From IMG/VR virus record IMGVR_UViG_3300049793_000053, positions 1-58,921 of that record: a stretch of 58,921 bases of DNA; one strand, written 5' to 3'. This stretch comes from a virus. Its lineage: Duplodnaviria > Caudoviricetes. The position numbers were made by a program, and so were the translations under genes. Below the pieces are notes generated by a model. The model searched no databases. It saw nothing but the letters and a program-made list of their open reading frames with translations, and was not told the origin of the DNA. Of this stretch, positions 26,202-35,936 are shown in pieces (position 1 is the first letter of the stretch; every line of letters begins with the position of its first letter).

Positions 26202-29200
26202 ATGTGGATCACGCTCGGCATTTGGCTCGTGGTGTGGGGTGCGTCGAAGATCTACAACAAGATCAGTCGGCCGCCGCCGAAGCGACCCGACTCGCAACTC
26301 ACGGAGATCGCCGCGAACATTCCGCGCACCGACGAGGGCACGCCGATCCCGATGATCTTCGGGCGCGTGCGCGTCAACCGCCCGCTGCTCGTGTGGTACT
26401 CGCCTCCGCAAAACATCTACTTCGACAACCCGCCGCGCTACCGGTACGGCGTCGACATGGCGTTCGTCGTCGGCATTCCGATGGAGTTTCCGCCGCCGGC
26501 GTTCGATGGCCTCGGGTTTCCGACCTACAACCAAGAGCCGCGGCTGTGGGATGTCTTCGTCGGCGATGACAACTCGGTCGCGACCGGCGGCACCGGCGGC
26601 GGCTCGTGGCTGCCGGCGAGTCACGCCGGCGTGGTTCCGCTCGCGCTCGACCAGGGCGGCGACGGCCTCGGTGGTTGGCTGCGGGGAACGCTCACGTTCT
26701 ACAACGGCCGCGAGCAGCAAGTGATCTCGAATCAGCTCGGCAACTTCACGCTCGATGCGGCGTCGGGCGGCACGTACCTGCACAACGGCAGCGCCGGCGG
26801 CGTCAATGACGTCACGATGATCGCGAGCTCGATGCAGCTCAACGGCGAGGACGGCACCACGATCCCGAACTACCGTGGTCAGATGCTCGTTGCGATCACG
26901 GCCGCGGGGCAGCTCTACAGCGGACTCGATCAGGCGTTCGAGGTCGGCGAGTCGCCGCAGATCTCCGCGCTCGGCTTCGAGGTCGAAAGCTACGGGCCGC
27001 ACCACTACTCGATCCCGGGCTTCAACGGCCTCGGCTTCGAGGCTGATCCCGTCGAGGTCATCCACGACATCATCGTGAGCGATTGGGGAAAGACCGCGTA
27101 TCCGTCGGCGAAGATCGACACCGTATCGTTCCAGGCCGCGAGCGATACGCTGTGCGCCGAGGGCCTCGGCTACTCGCGCGTGCACTACGACACCGAGGAT
27201 GCAAAGCAGGTCATCCAAGGGATCCTGAAACAGATCAATGGCGCGATGTACGAGGAGCCCAAGACGGGCTTGCTCGTGATGAAACTGATCCGTGCCGACT
27301 ACAACCCGCTCGCGATTCTCGCGCTGTCGGGCAACGGCGGCGGAATCGTCGACGTGAAAGACTACGCGTGCGGCGGTTGGCCGGACACCTACAACACGGT
27401 GCACCTCACGTACACGTCGCGCGGCGTCGGCTACCTCACGCGCACGGCCGTCGCCGAGGATCCCGGCAACGGCGATCAAGCGGGCGTCCCGCGGCGCACC
27501 GTGACCGTCGACTACCCGGGCATCTGCACCGAAGCGGCCGCGTCGCTCGTTGCCGGCCGCGAGCTCGGCGTCGTCTCGCGGCCGCTCGCGAAGTGCACGC
27601 TCGTTTGCGATCGCCGCGCGTCGGATGTTCGACCGGGCGACGTCGTCTCGGTGACGTGGGCGAAGGAGCGGATCGTCGCGATGGACATGCGCGTGATGAA
27701 CGTCGATCGCGGCACGGTGTTCGATGGTGCGATCGAGCTCGACGTGATGCAGGATGTTTTCGACGGCCAGATCATCGGACAGGATCCCGCGGACGTCGAG
27801 CCGATCTTTCCGTCGCCGGGGCCGATCACGACGCGACTCGTGACCGAGTCACCGTTCGGGCTCACGATCCTCGCGCTCGCGAGTGGTGTCGTCGGCGGCA
27901 CCGGCACGACGCAACGGATCCTTGCGATGACGTCGGACGAAAACAGTTTCGGCGAGGTCGGGCTCACGCCGCTTTGGTGGTTCGAGCAAACCGTGTGGCG
28001 CGACGCTCCGGCGATCTTTCAATTCTACGCCACCGACGTCAAGCAGCAGTCGTATCAGCCGGGACCGAAGGGCACGTTGACGATCGCCTACCCGCGCACG
28101 TTGATGCCGTACGACACGCTCACCGGAGTCACGATCCGTCTCGACGCCGGCACGATGCCGGGGCCGTTGCCGTGGGCGACGATCAGCACGACCGCACAGA
28201 ACCTCATCATGATCGACGGCGAGATCATGGGGTTCGAGTCGGCGACGCCGCTCGGCGGCGGCCTCTACAACCTCGTCAACGTCTCGCGCGGTTTGCTCGA
28301 CACCGCCGAGGACGATCACGCTGTCGGCGCGACGGTGTGGTTTCCGGTGACGACTGACGTCGGCGGCCGCTCGTGGTCGTTCCCGAATGCGAGCGCGGTC
28401 GTCGCCAACTGCCAGGCGATCCCGCACGCGCATTGGCGGATCGGATCTGGCGAGGAGCCTGTCGACGTTCTCACGATCCGCAACCGGCACTTTCTGCCGC
28501 TGCGGCCGCAGGGCATGTGGTGCCAGGTCAAGGAGGCGAACGTCGACGGCACCGGCACGATCAAGAGCGGATCTGCGGCGCCGAACTACGTCGAGCTCTC
28601 CGTGCTCGATGGCGGCGTCGACGCGCTCGCGTTCCGTCGCGATCGGTTGCAGTGGTCGATCGCGCGCGGCGACACGGCCGACCAACCGAACAGCGAGAGC
28701 GGCGCGACGTACGTCGCTCGCGCGACGAAGGTCGGCGGCTCGTCGGGCGCGCACGACGTCACGCTCGCCACGCTCGCCGACGCCGCGATCGTTGGCGGTC
28801 ACGCGTTCGGACTCGGCGGCGGCGGCCACGGCCTGATCGATCTCAATCTCCAAACGCAGCGCACGATCGTCGCCGGCGATCAGTCCGTCGGCGCCGGAAC
28901 GTTCAACGTCGGCACGGTCATGACGTCGTGGCAGCGCGCGCGCGTGCGCGTCGTCGCGCCGCGTTGGCGGAACCTCCTCACCGATCCGCGGTTCGTGTAC
29001 GGTTTCCCCGGACCGCTCACGAACGGATGGCAAGACTTCGGCGCCGGCGGCGGCGTGCCGACGCTCGCGTCGGGGGCGTTCTCGATCCGACGCACCGCCG
29101 GCGGCAAGTACATGACGTCCGTGGGGGCGGGCAAGCCGGGCGCGTACAAGTCGACGTCGGACGTCTCCGGCTACTTGCCGCGCGGCATGCGTGCGCTCGC

Positions 29201-31889
29201 GATCTGGTACGCGCGAAACAACGTGTCGACGCTCGACAACTGTCGGATCGATGTCGACGCGCTCGACATCGCCGGCGCGTCTGTTAACAACGTCAACGGA
29301 ACAATCGTTCCGGGCGCGACGACGTGGGGTCGCAACTCGATCGACACGCCGGTGTTGCCGGCGAGCACCGCGAGCATGCGCGTCGCGTTCACGGTCAACG
29401 ACGTCGGCGGCGGCGGCTCGGCGAACCCGGACGCCGCGGTGTCCGACGTCGAGCTCATCGTCGGACAGTTCAACTACGACGTGCTCACCAATGGCAGCTT
29501 CGAGACGGGCGGCGGATCCACGACCGGCTGGACCGTCGACGCCGGCGGCTTCACGATCGCGACGGCGATCGCCGCACCGAGCTCGCACTACATCCAGGGT
29601 GCCGCGAACGCGTCGAACGTGATCCACGAAGATCGCGCTATCCCCGCCGGCTACGGCTTCGGCGGCTACGTGCTGCGCGCGTGGCGGGCACAGACGCTCG
29701 CGAACGACACCGGAAATCTCGAGCTGCTGATCCTCGACGCCGGCGGCGCAACGATCGCGTCGACGTCGACGGGCCTCGTCGCACAAACCACGCTGAACGA
29801 GTGGCTGCCGGTGCGGCTCGCGATCGAGCTGCCGGACGACGGCACCGCCGTCACCGCGCGCATTCGTTGGACGGCAAACCGCGCGCTCGGCGCCGGTATC
29901 GCGTCGGCATGCCTCGACGAGTGCGTGCTGTCCGAGCACAACCAACTCGACTCGACGTTCGTACAAGACGCGCTATTCAGCTCGCCGCGGTTGCAGTCGA
30001 TGCCGACGACGTGGCAACAAGCGCACCTTGCGTGGCCGACGCTGCCGCGGTGCGACGTGTTCGACGGCAACGCGTTGACGCCGGGCGCCGGGATCCTCGG
30101 CTACGGCTTCGAGTGGTCGGACGGTTCGAGCTCGCGACCGAGCGCAAAGCAAACGGGGCAGTTCGGTGGCGGCGTGTCGAGCGTCAACGCGTACGGCTTC
30201 ACGCGGCAGACCGGACCGACGGCGCTGCACATCCGATCGACGAACAGCGCGTCACGCTACGCACGGTTCGGGCGCGCGCGCGGATTGCGGCAAGGCTTCA
30301 CGATCGCCGTGATCTACTCCGTCGACGAGGCGGGATTCGCGGCGGCGTGCGGGCTCGTCGGGCGCATGTCGGCCACGCGTGGATGGGGACTATCACTCAA
30401 CGCCGCCGGACAGCCGACGGCGAAACTGCGCGGCGATCTCGGCTCGGTGTTCGTCACGAACGCCACGCCGGCGCAGGGCGGGGGTAATCACTACGCTGCA
30501 ATCACGTGGGATCCCGTGACGGATCTGCTGCGCGTTGACAGCGAGAACGGCAGCAACTCGATCAGCACTGCGGCGATCGGCGAATTCTACACCGAGGATC
30601 TCGACGCCGTGTTCCGCATCGCCCGCGACGAGTCGGCGTCGGCCACGCTGCCGGGCATGATCTCTCGCGTGTTCCGATTCCGGTACCCGCTCACGACGTC
30701 GCAGTCGTTCACGCTGTTCGCGAACAACTACGCCGGCGATCCGACCGGGTTGATCGATACGCAAACGCGCACCGCGCCGGTGTGGTGCCCGCAACCGCCG
30801 GACGCCGCCGGCGAGACGCTCGCGCTGCTCGAGCCGGCGGCGATCGCGCTCGGGTGGTCGGCCGCGAATGCGGCGAACGTCGACGCGGATACTGGCTACG
30901 GCCACGGCCTCACGACGAGCGCGCGCGCGATCAACCTCGCGCCGAGCTTCGTGTGCACGAACGCGACGTACTGGGATCGCGTGAGCGCGGCGAGCGCGCT
31001 GCAACAGGCGATCGTCGACGCGACCGGACAGGCGAAGGGCATCGGGATCACGGCCGCCGGCGTGGCGACCGGGATCAAGATGCAGGCGATCCCGTTGACG
31101 GCGACGGCGACCGTCAAGATCATCCTGTACGTCAAGGGTTCGGCCGGAACCGCGTTGAACGCGACGCTGCGCAACTCGGCCGGCGTACTCAAGCAAACGA
31201 TCGCGATGGCCGCGTTGACGACCGGCTGGCAACGCCGCGTCGTCGACTTCACGACGTGGGACGGCTCGACGGCTAACGGGATCATTTCGATGGAGATCGG
31301 AACCGTCGGATCGGTCTACGTCACGCATGCGTTTTACGTGCAGCAAGGACCGACCAGCGCGCCGGCGCTGTGGCATCGCGATGCCGCCGGTGACACGGGC
31401 GTCGCGTCGTCCTACCAGATGGTTCCGACGGTGCCGGCGCAGTTCAACACCGAGGGCGAGATCATCGTCGAGGGCTGCGGCCTCGCGACGACGCCGGGGA
31501 CGCTCGGCGTGCTTGCGTCGGTCGACAACTCGGCCGACAACAAGAACCGTCGCGAGCTCGTGATCGACGGCGCGGGGCAGACCGTCGCGCACCACTGGGA
31601 TGCGGTCACGCCGACGGACGTGACGTCGACGGCCGGCGCCCACAATAACGCGGCGTACTTCCAAGTGCGATCGCGATGGCGCCGCGCGAAGTTGCTCGAC
31701 AGCGCGGTCAACCCCTACGCCGGCGTGATCTCGCCGACGGCTGCGGTGTACGGGCGCACGGCGGCGTGGACGCCGAGCAATGTCGCCGCGAACCGACTGA
31801 ACATCGGAACCGGACAGGCAAGCTCGCTGCCCTACAATGGGCATCTCCGTCGGATCAAGATCGCTACCTGTGAGGCAAAGTTGCCGTAA
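26202..31889 (+). CDS. Tail tip / host-specificity protein with multiple C-terminal lectin-like domains
   Basis: PRTDEGTPIPMIFGRVRV, DPVEVIHDI, VRPGDVV, VSRGLLDT; later 'NLL.DPRF' and 'LTNGSFE' CBM-like starts and a LamG-like segment (HYAAITWD). Confidence 0.85.
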   Translation: MWITLGIWLVVWGASKIYNKISRPPPKRPDSQLTEIAANIPRTDEGTPIPMIFGRVRVNRPLLVWYSPPQNIYFDNPPRYRYGVDMAFVVGIPMEFPPPAFDGLGFPTYNQEPRLWDVFVGDDNSVATGGTGGGSWLPASHAGVVPLALDQGGDGLGGWLRGTLTFYNGREQQVISNQLGNFTLDAASGGTYLHNGSAGGVNDVTMIASSMQLNGEDGTTIPNYRGQMLVAITAAGQLYSGLDQAFEVGESPQISALGFEVESYGPHHYSIPGFNGLGFEADPVEVIHDIIVSDWGKTAYPSAKIDTVSFQAASDTLCAEGLGYSRVHYDTEDAKQVIQGILKQINGAMYEEPKTGLLVMKLIRADYNPLAILALSGNGGGIVDVKDYACGGWPDTYNTVHLTYTSRGVGYLTRTAVAEDPGNGDQAGVPRRTVTVDYPGICTEAAASLVAGRELGVVSRPLAKCTLVCDRRASDVRPGDVVSVTWAKERIVAMDMRVMNVDRGTVFDGAIELDVMQDVFDGQIIGQDPADVEPIFPSPGPITTRLVTESPFGLTILALASGVVGGTGTTQRILAMTSDENSFGEVGLTPLWWFEQTVWRDAPAIFQFYATDVKQQSYQPGPKGTLTIAYPRTLMPYDTLTGVTIRLDAGTMPGPLPWATISTTAQNLIMIDGEIMGFESATPLGGGLYNLVNVSRGLLDTAEDDHAVGATVWFPVTTDVGGRSWSFPNASAVVANCQAIPHAHWRIGSGEEPVDVLTIRNRHFLPLRPQGMWCQVKEANVDGTGTIKSGSAAPNYVELSVLDGGVDALAFRRDRLQWSIARGDTADQPNSESGATYVARATKVGGSSGAHDVTLATLADAAIVGGHAFGLGGGGHGLIDLNLQTQRTIVAGDQSVGAGTFNVGTVMTSWQRARVRVVAPRWRNLLTDPRFVYGFPGPLTNGWQDFGAGGGVPTLASGAFSIRRTAGGKYMTSVGAGKPGAYKSTSDVSGYLPRGMRALAIWYARNNVSTLDNCRIDVDALDIAGASVNNVNGTIVPGATTWGRNSIDTPVLPASTASMRVAFTVNDVGGGGSANPDAAVSDVELIVGQFNYDVLTNGSFETGGGSTTGWTVDAGGFTIATAIAAPSSHYIQGAANASNVIHEDRAIPAGYGFGGYVLRAWRAQTLANDTGNLELLILDAGGATIASTSTGLVAQTTLNEWLPVRLAIELPDDGTAVTARIRWTANRALGAGIASACLDECVLSEHNQLDSTFVQDALFSSPRLQSMPTTWQQAHLAWPTLPRCDVFDGNALTPGAGILGYGFEWSDGSSSRPSAKQTGQFGGGVSSVNAYGFTRQTGPTALHIRSTNSASRYARFGRARGLRQGFTIAVIYSVDEAGFAAACGLVGRMSATRGWGLSLNAAGQPTAKLRGDLGSVFVTNATPAQGGGNHYAAITWDPVTDLLRVDSENGSNSISTAAIGEFYTEDLDAVFRIARDESASATLPGMISRVFRFRYPLTTSQSFTLFANNYAGDPTGLIDTQTRTAPVWCPQPPDAAGETLALLEPAAIALGWSAANAANVDADTGYGHGLTTSARAINLAPSFVCTNATYWDRVSAASALQQAIVDATGQAKGIGITAAGVATGIKMQAIPLTATATVKIILYVKGSAGTALNATLRNSAGVLKQTIAMAALTTGWQRRVVDFTTWDGSTANGIISMEIGTVGSVYVTHAFYVQQGPTSAPALWHRDAAGDTGVASSYQMVPTVPAQFNTEGEIIVEGCGLATTPGTLGVLASVDNSADNKNRRELVIDGAGQTVAHHWDAVTPTDVTSTAGAHNNAAYFQVRSRWRRAKLLDSAVNPYAGVISPTAAVYGRTAAWTPSNVAANRLNIGTGQASSLPYNGHLRRIKIATCEAKLP

Positions 31890-31920
31890 TCGTAGCGGCC
31901 GGGCTAGCCTGGCAAAAGCC

Positions 31921-32496
31921 GTGGCTGATGATCCCGATGACAACCCGCCGCCGCGCCGGCGTCTCCAAACGTCGACGGATCGCGACGCCGCCGGGCTCGC
32001 GCGGATTCGTCGTGATCGCGAGCTCGAGCGGCTCGCGAAGTCGCGCGATCGGAAGTCGACCGACCTCCGCGGCGTGCCGGCTGTGCCGCGTGCGATCCAC
32101 GATCCCGACACCGGCCGCACCACGCGGATCGAACAAGATCCGGATCTGAACATCCTCTATGTGCGCAGCGAGCACAATCGCGCGCTGATCGCGCAGCAGA
32201 ACCGCGAGACGAAGGATGCGATCCTCGAAGTCGCCGGCGAGCGGCCGCCCGAGGAGCGTTTCGCCAAGGTCGAAAAGGGCGTCAAAATTGCACACTGGAT
32301 CATCACGGCGATCGCGGTGCCGGCGATCTCGGCGACGCTGCTCGTCGGCAAGTACATCGTCACGAAGGCACGCGAGGACGAGCGCGCGCTGATCCAGCGC
32401 GAGGCCGACCGTGCGCAGATCGCAGCGAACACGCGACGGATCAACGAGCTCGAGGCCGAGCTCGCGAAACTCACTGCACCGAAAGTCACCCCATGA
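31921..32496 (+). CDS. Single-TM protein with coiled coil (possible holin or i-spanin)
   Basis: Hydrophobic IAHWIITAIAVPAISATLLVG followed by a coiled coil; lies after the tail genes. Confidence 0.5.
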   Translation: MADDPDDNPPPRRRLQTSTDRDAAGLARIRRDRELERLAKSRDRKSTDLRGVPAVPRAIHDPDTGRTTRIEQDPDLNILYVRSEHNRALIAQQNRETKDAILEVAGERPPEERFAKVEKGVKIAHWIITAIAVPAISATLLVGKYIVTKAREDERALIQREADRAQIAANTRRINELEAELAKLTAPKVTP

Positions 32497-33485
32497 ACAA
32501 GCATCTGCGATCGATCCTCCTCGTTCTGTCCGTCGTCCTCGCCGGCACCGCCGGTGCTTTCGCAATCGAGCGCGTCGCGCTCGCGCAGGCCGCGGGCTCC
32601 GGCGTCGTCGACGCCGGCGGCAACGACGTCGCTCCTCGAGGTGCGTCGCCGGCGGGATCGGGTTCGGCCGCCGTCGTTCCTGCAGCTGCGTCGCCGATCG
32701 ATCCGCAGGCACCGGGCGCGCCGCACGTGACCTCGACGGATCCCGCGATCGATCCGGTGTCCGAGCTCGGGCTCCTCGTGCAGTTTGCCCGCACCGGCGA
32801 GGGTCGGCTCGCGCTCGGGGCCGGCCTCGTCCTGTTCGTGTGGGCGCTGCGCGCGTTGCTCAAGCCGCGGATCGCATGGTTCGGTACACCGGCCGGCGGC
32901 TACTTGCTCGGCTTCGGATCGGCCGCGATCTTCTACGTCGGTGGCGCGATGCTCGGCGGCGTGGCTGTGACATTCAACCTCGCGTGCGACGCCGTCGTCG
33001 CAGCGTTCGCGGCATCCGGCAAGTGGGAAGCGCTGCGCGACGTGCTCGCCAAGATGGGCCGGCTGCCCCCGACGTTCAAAGCGGCCGGCGCGTCGCTCGT
33101 CGTCGCGATCACCGGAGTCGCGCTCGTGGTCACCGCGGTCGGCGGCTGCAAGACGGCGAGCGGCGTCGCCGGCGCCGGCGGCCACGCCCTGATCGACTGC
33201 GGCAAGGCCGACCCCGCGATCCTCGCCGACGCGTTGTCAGACCTTGCATCGCTGCTCGCCGGGCAGTCGCCGGACTGGAACGCGATCGAGCAGCAAGCCG
33301 AGCTCCATGGTGAGAAGATCGGCGGCTGTGCGATCGCCGAGCTCGTGCAACGGTACCTTGCCCCAGAGCCCGGCCGGTCCGCGCCGGCGCCGGAGTCCGG
33401 TCGCGCGGCTAGCGCTGCGCTGGAACGCTTCCGCGCCTCTGTGGCGCACGGAGCGACCTTCCGCGTCGGCGGCTCGGACCTGTGA
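32493..33485 (+). CDS. Multi-TM membrane protein with signal peptide and internal lipobox-like VGGC
   Basis: N-terminal signal sequence, 3-4 hydrophobic helices, ALVVTAVGGC. Confidence 0.6.
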   Translation: MNKHLRSILLVLSVVLAGTAGAFAIERVALAQAAGSGVVDAGGNDVAPRGASPAGSGSAAVVPAAASPIDPQAPGAPHVTSTDPAIDPVSELGLLVQFARTGEGRLALGAGLVLFVWALRALLKPRIAWFGTPAGGYLLGFGSAAIFYVGGAMLGGVAVTFNLACDAVVAAFAASGKWEALRDVLAKMGRLPPTFKAAGASLVVAITGVALVVTAVGGCKTASGVAGAGGHALIDCGKADPAILADALSDLASLLAGQSPDWNAIEQQAELHGEKIGGCAIAELVQRYLAPEPGRSAPAPESGRAASAALERFRASVAHGATFRVGGSDL

Positions 33486-34246
33486 CCGCTCGTTGCCTAG
33501 GGCGCACGCCATCGCGTAGGGACAGCCGTACCCTACGCCTCGCGTCCTACCTCGCGGCCGAGCTGCCGACGCCCCCGCCGGCGCGCAATTGGGGGGCCGG
33601 GGTCGCGTTCGGGATGTACCGCAACGACCGGATCGGATGCTGCGCAGTCGCGGCACCGGCGAACATGATGCGGGCGTGGGCGCATGCACACGCCGCGATG
33701 GCCGATCGCCCGGTGCCCACCGACAACGCGATCGAAGCCGCCTACCGCGCGGTGTCGGGCTACACGCCGGCCGATCCGTCGACGGACGTCGGATGCCAAA
33801 TGATCGACGTGCTCAAGCTGTGGCGAGGGCAGGGTATCGCCGGCGATCAGATCGGCGCCTACGCGGCCGTCGAGCCGGCGAACCGGAACCACGTCGCGAT
33901 CGCCGTGAACCTGTTCGGCTCGTGCTACGTCGGTGCGGATCTGCCGCTCGCGTCGCGCGACGTGCCGGACGCGGGCGTGTGGGACGTCGCGCCGATCGGC
34001 CGCGGACATCAGTCCGAGTGGCTCGGCGGGTCGTGGGGCGGGCACGCGATGGCGGTCGTCGGCTACGACCGCACGCACGTTCATCTCGCGACGTGGGGCC
34101 GCGTGCAGCTCGCGACGTGGGAGTGGTTCCGCGCCTACGTCTCCGAGGCATGGGCCGTGATCGATCCGCTGTGGATCGCCGACGACCGTTACACGCCGAG
34201 CGGCTTCGACCTCGTCACGCTCGCGGCCGACCTCGCGCGGCTCTAG
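33482..34246 (+). CDS. Papain-like (C1-type) cysteine peptidase
   Basis: NDRIGCCAVAA (catalytic Cys), GGHAMAVVGYD (His), ATWG. Confidence 0.8.
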   Translation: MTARCLGRTPSRRDSRTLRLASYLAAELPTPPPARNWGAGVAFGMYRNDRIGCCAVAAPANMMRAWAHAHAAMADRPVPTDNAIEAAYRAVSGYTPADPSTDVGCQMIDVLKLWRGQGIAGDQIGAYAAVEPANRNHVAIAVNLFGSCYVGADLPLASRDVPDAGVWDVAPIGRGHQSEWLGGSWGGHAMAVVGYDRTHVHLATWGRVQLATWEWFRAYVSEAWAVIDPLWIADDRYTPSGFDLVTLAADLARL

Positions 34247-34851
34247 TCGTCGTATCCGTCGCCGCGCGATCGAGCTCGCAGTCGCGCGATCAGGTCGAGG
34301 TTGACACCGTCGACGAGCGCCTTGTACCCCTCGTCCTGTTCGTCAACTTCGCCGTTCTCGACGTCGCGCGGGATGCCGAATTTTAGTTTGAGCAAGCCGC
34401 GCGTTTCGATCTGCCGAATCCGCTCGCGCGTTAGGTTCATCACTTCGCCGACGTCCTCGAGTGTGATGCCGCCGCGCTCGGCGATGTCGAGCGCGCAGCT
34501 GTTGCGCATGTCGTAGACCTCGACGTCGGGAAAGTTGATCTTGATCGATCCCGTCGACGGGTTCACGTCGAGGTACAAGTGATGCTTGCAGGACACGAAC
34601 GGGCACGGCCGCATCGTCGGATCGCGGCAGTCGTCGCGCGTCACCGGGCGCTCGACATCGTGCGGGTAGTCGCGGGATCCGTCTCCGATCAGGCGTTGAC
34701 GCGTCGCGACCGGCGTGCCGCGCAGATGGATGGTTTGTCCGCGCGGCCGTGTCCGACGCTTGCGCCATCGCTTGCGCGACGGTGCGGTCGTGCTCGACGA
34801 CTTACCAGGGGTCGGCGACGCGGCGCTGAACACGTCGCTTGTTCGATCCAT
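34243..34851 (-). CDS. Sigma70 region-4 HTH protein with Cys-rich N-terminal domain
   Basis: ITLEDVGEVMNLTRERIRQIETRGLLKL; CRD..RPCPFVSCKHHLYLDVNP. Confidence 0.85.
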   Translation of the reverse strand: MDRTSDVFSAASPTPGKSSSTTAPSRKRWRKRRTRPRGQTIHLRGTPVATRQRLIGDGSRDYPHDVERPVTRDDCRDPTMRPCPFVSCKHHLYLDVNPSTGSIKINFPDVEVYDMRNSCALDIAERGGITLEDVGEVMNLTRERIRQIETRGLLKLKFGIPRDVENGEVDEQDEGYKALVDGVNLDLIARLRARSRGDGYDD

Positions 34852-34947
34852 TATCGAACACGGTAGCGCAGCACACTCCCGACTACAACGGGCGTCGTCA
34901 ACCGCCGGCGGTCGGCGACGCCGTCGCGCGGCCGCTGGCGACGCCGA

Positions 34948-35247
34948 TCACTTCGGCTTGGGATGATCGCGGCGCGTCTCGCCCGACGGCTCGAGCGGAA
35001 CATCGTACTCGGCGACGGACACGATCACGGTGCGGCCGTCCGACCCCGGGTTCGGGTCGATGCGTGCCGTCACGCCGCAGTAGGGTGCGCCCGACGCCGT
35101 GAGCTCGGCGAGTGCGAACGCCTTCGCGCGATCGAACACGCCGAGTTGCTCGGGGTTTTGGATGCCGCGCGCCGGCTCGGTGCCGGCGTCGTCGGCGAGG
35201 TGGGCGATCACTTCGGGGGTGCTACCGCTCAAGTCGATCAGGATCAT
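34948..35247 (-). CDS. Hypothetical protein
   Basis: MILIDLSGSTPE...; coupled to the methyltransferase gene. Confidence 0.55.
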   Translation of the reverse strand: MILIDLSGSTPEVIAHLADDAGTEPARGIQNPEQLGVFDRAKAFALAELTASGAPYCGVTARIDPNPGSDGRTVIVSVAEYDVPLEPSGETRRDHPKPK

Positions 35248-35936
35248 GGGCTCGAAGCTATCACGGCCGTCGAGCTCCTCGAAACTTCGTCCCATGCCTT
35301 GCCGACGTCGCCGCTGCCGGGATAGGCGTCCTCGAGAACATCGCCCGGTAGCATCCCGAGCGCGCGAAACAGGAACGCCGAGAACGCGAGCGGCTTGCGC
35401 CCAACGAGGTCGCAGTCGTCGCCGCGCGCCGTCGCGGCGACGAGGTAGTCGGGCACGCCGCCACGCCCGGAGACGCGGCCGCCGACGACGATCACGGGCT
35501 CCCAGCTGTTGGACAGCCCGAACGCCGTCGCGGACATGTTCGACGGCTTCACCCACGGGCAGACGTGTGCGCACGGCGGGCAACACCCGAGCACGAACCG
35601 CAACGCCGCGGCGCTCGTCGAGATCGCGTATCCAGCGAGCTCTCCGGCGACGCGCCGGCGTTCGGCCTCGCCGATCATCGCAACGTGATCGACCTCGCCA
35701 CCGTAGCTGTCTTGATCCTTGTAGCGCCACGCATGGCCGGGGTACGGCGGATCGTGGTAGCGAAAACGCAACGGCGTGCCGACGGTGCGCGGACCGAGCG
35801 CGCCGGTGCGCTTGCGGATCCGGTAGGCCGTCTGTCGGTGCCGCTTGCCGCAGAACCTCGACGGGATCCCGCGGGCGTCGAGCGCGGTCGTCGGCGCGCC
35901 GCACCACTCGCACGGCCATGGATCCAGTGTGGTCAC
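35244..35936 (-). CDS. Amino-DNA methyltransferase (m6A/m4C, beta-type motif order) with N-terminal Zn finger
   Basis: YHDPPY catalytic motif, WVKP, WEPVI, KP, DAYPGSG SAM-binding motif; CEWC...FCGKRHRQ. Confidence 0.78.
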   Translation of the reverse strand: MTTLDPWPCEWCGAPTTALDARGIPSRFCGKRHRQTAYRIRKRTGALGPRTVGTPLRFRYHDPPYPGHAWRYKDQDSYGGEVDHVAMIGEAERRRVAGELAGYAISTSAAALRFVLGCCPPCAHVCPWVKPSNMSATAFGLSNSWEPVIVVGGRVSGRGGVPDYLVAATARGDDCDLVGRKPLAFSAFLFRALGMLPGDVLEDAYPGSGDVGKAWDEVSRSSTAVIASSP

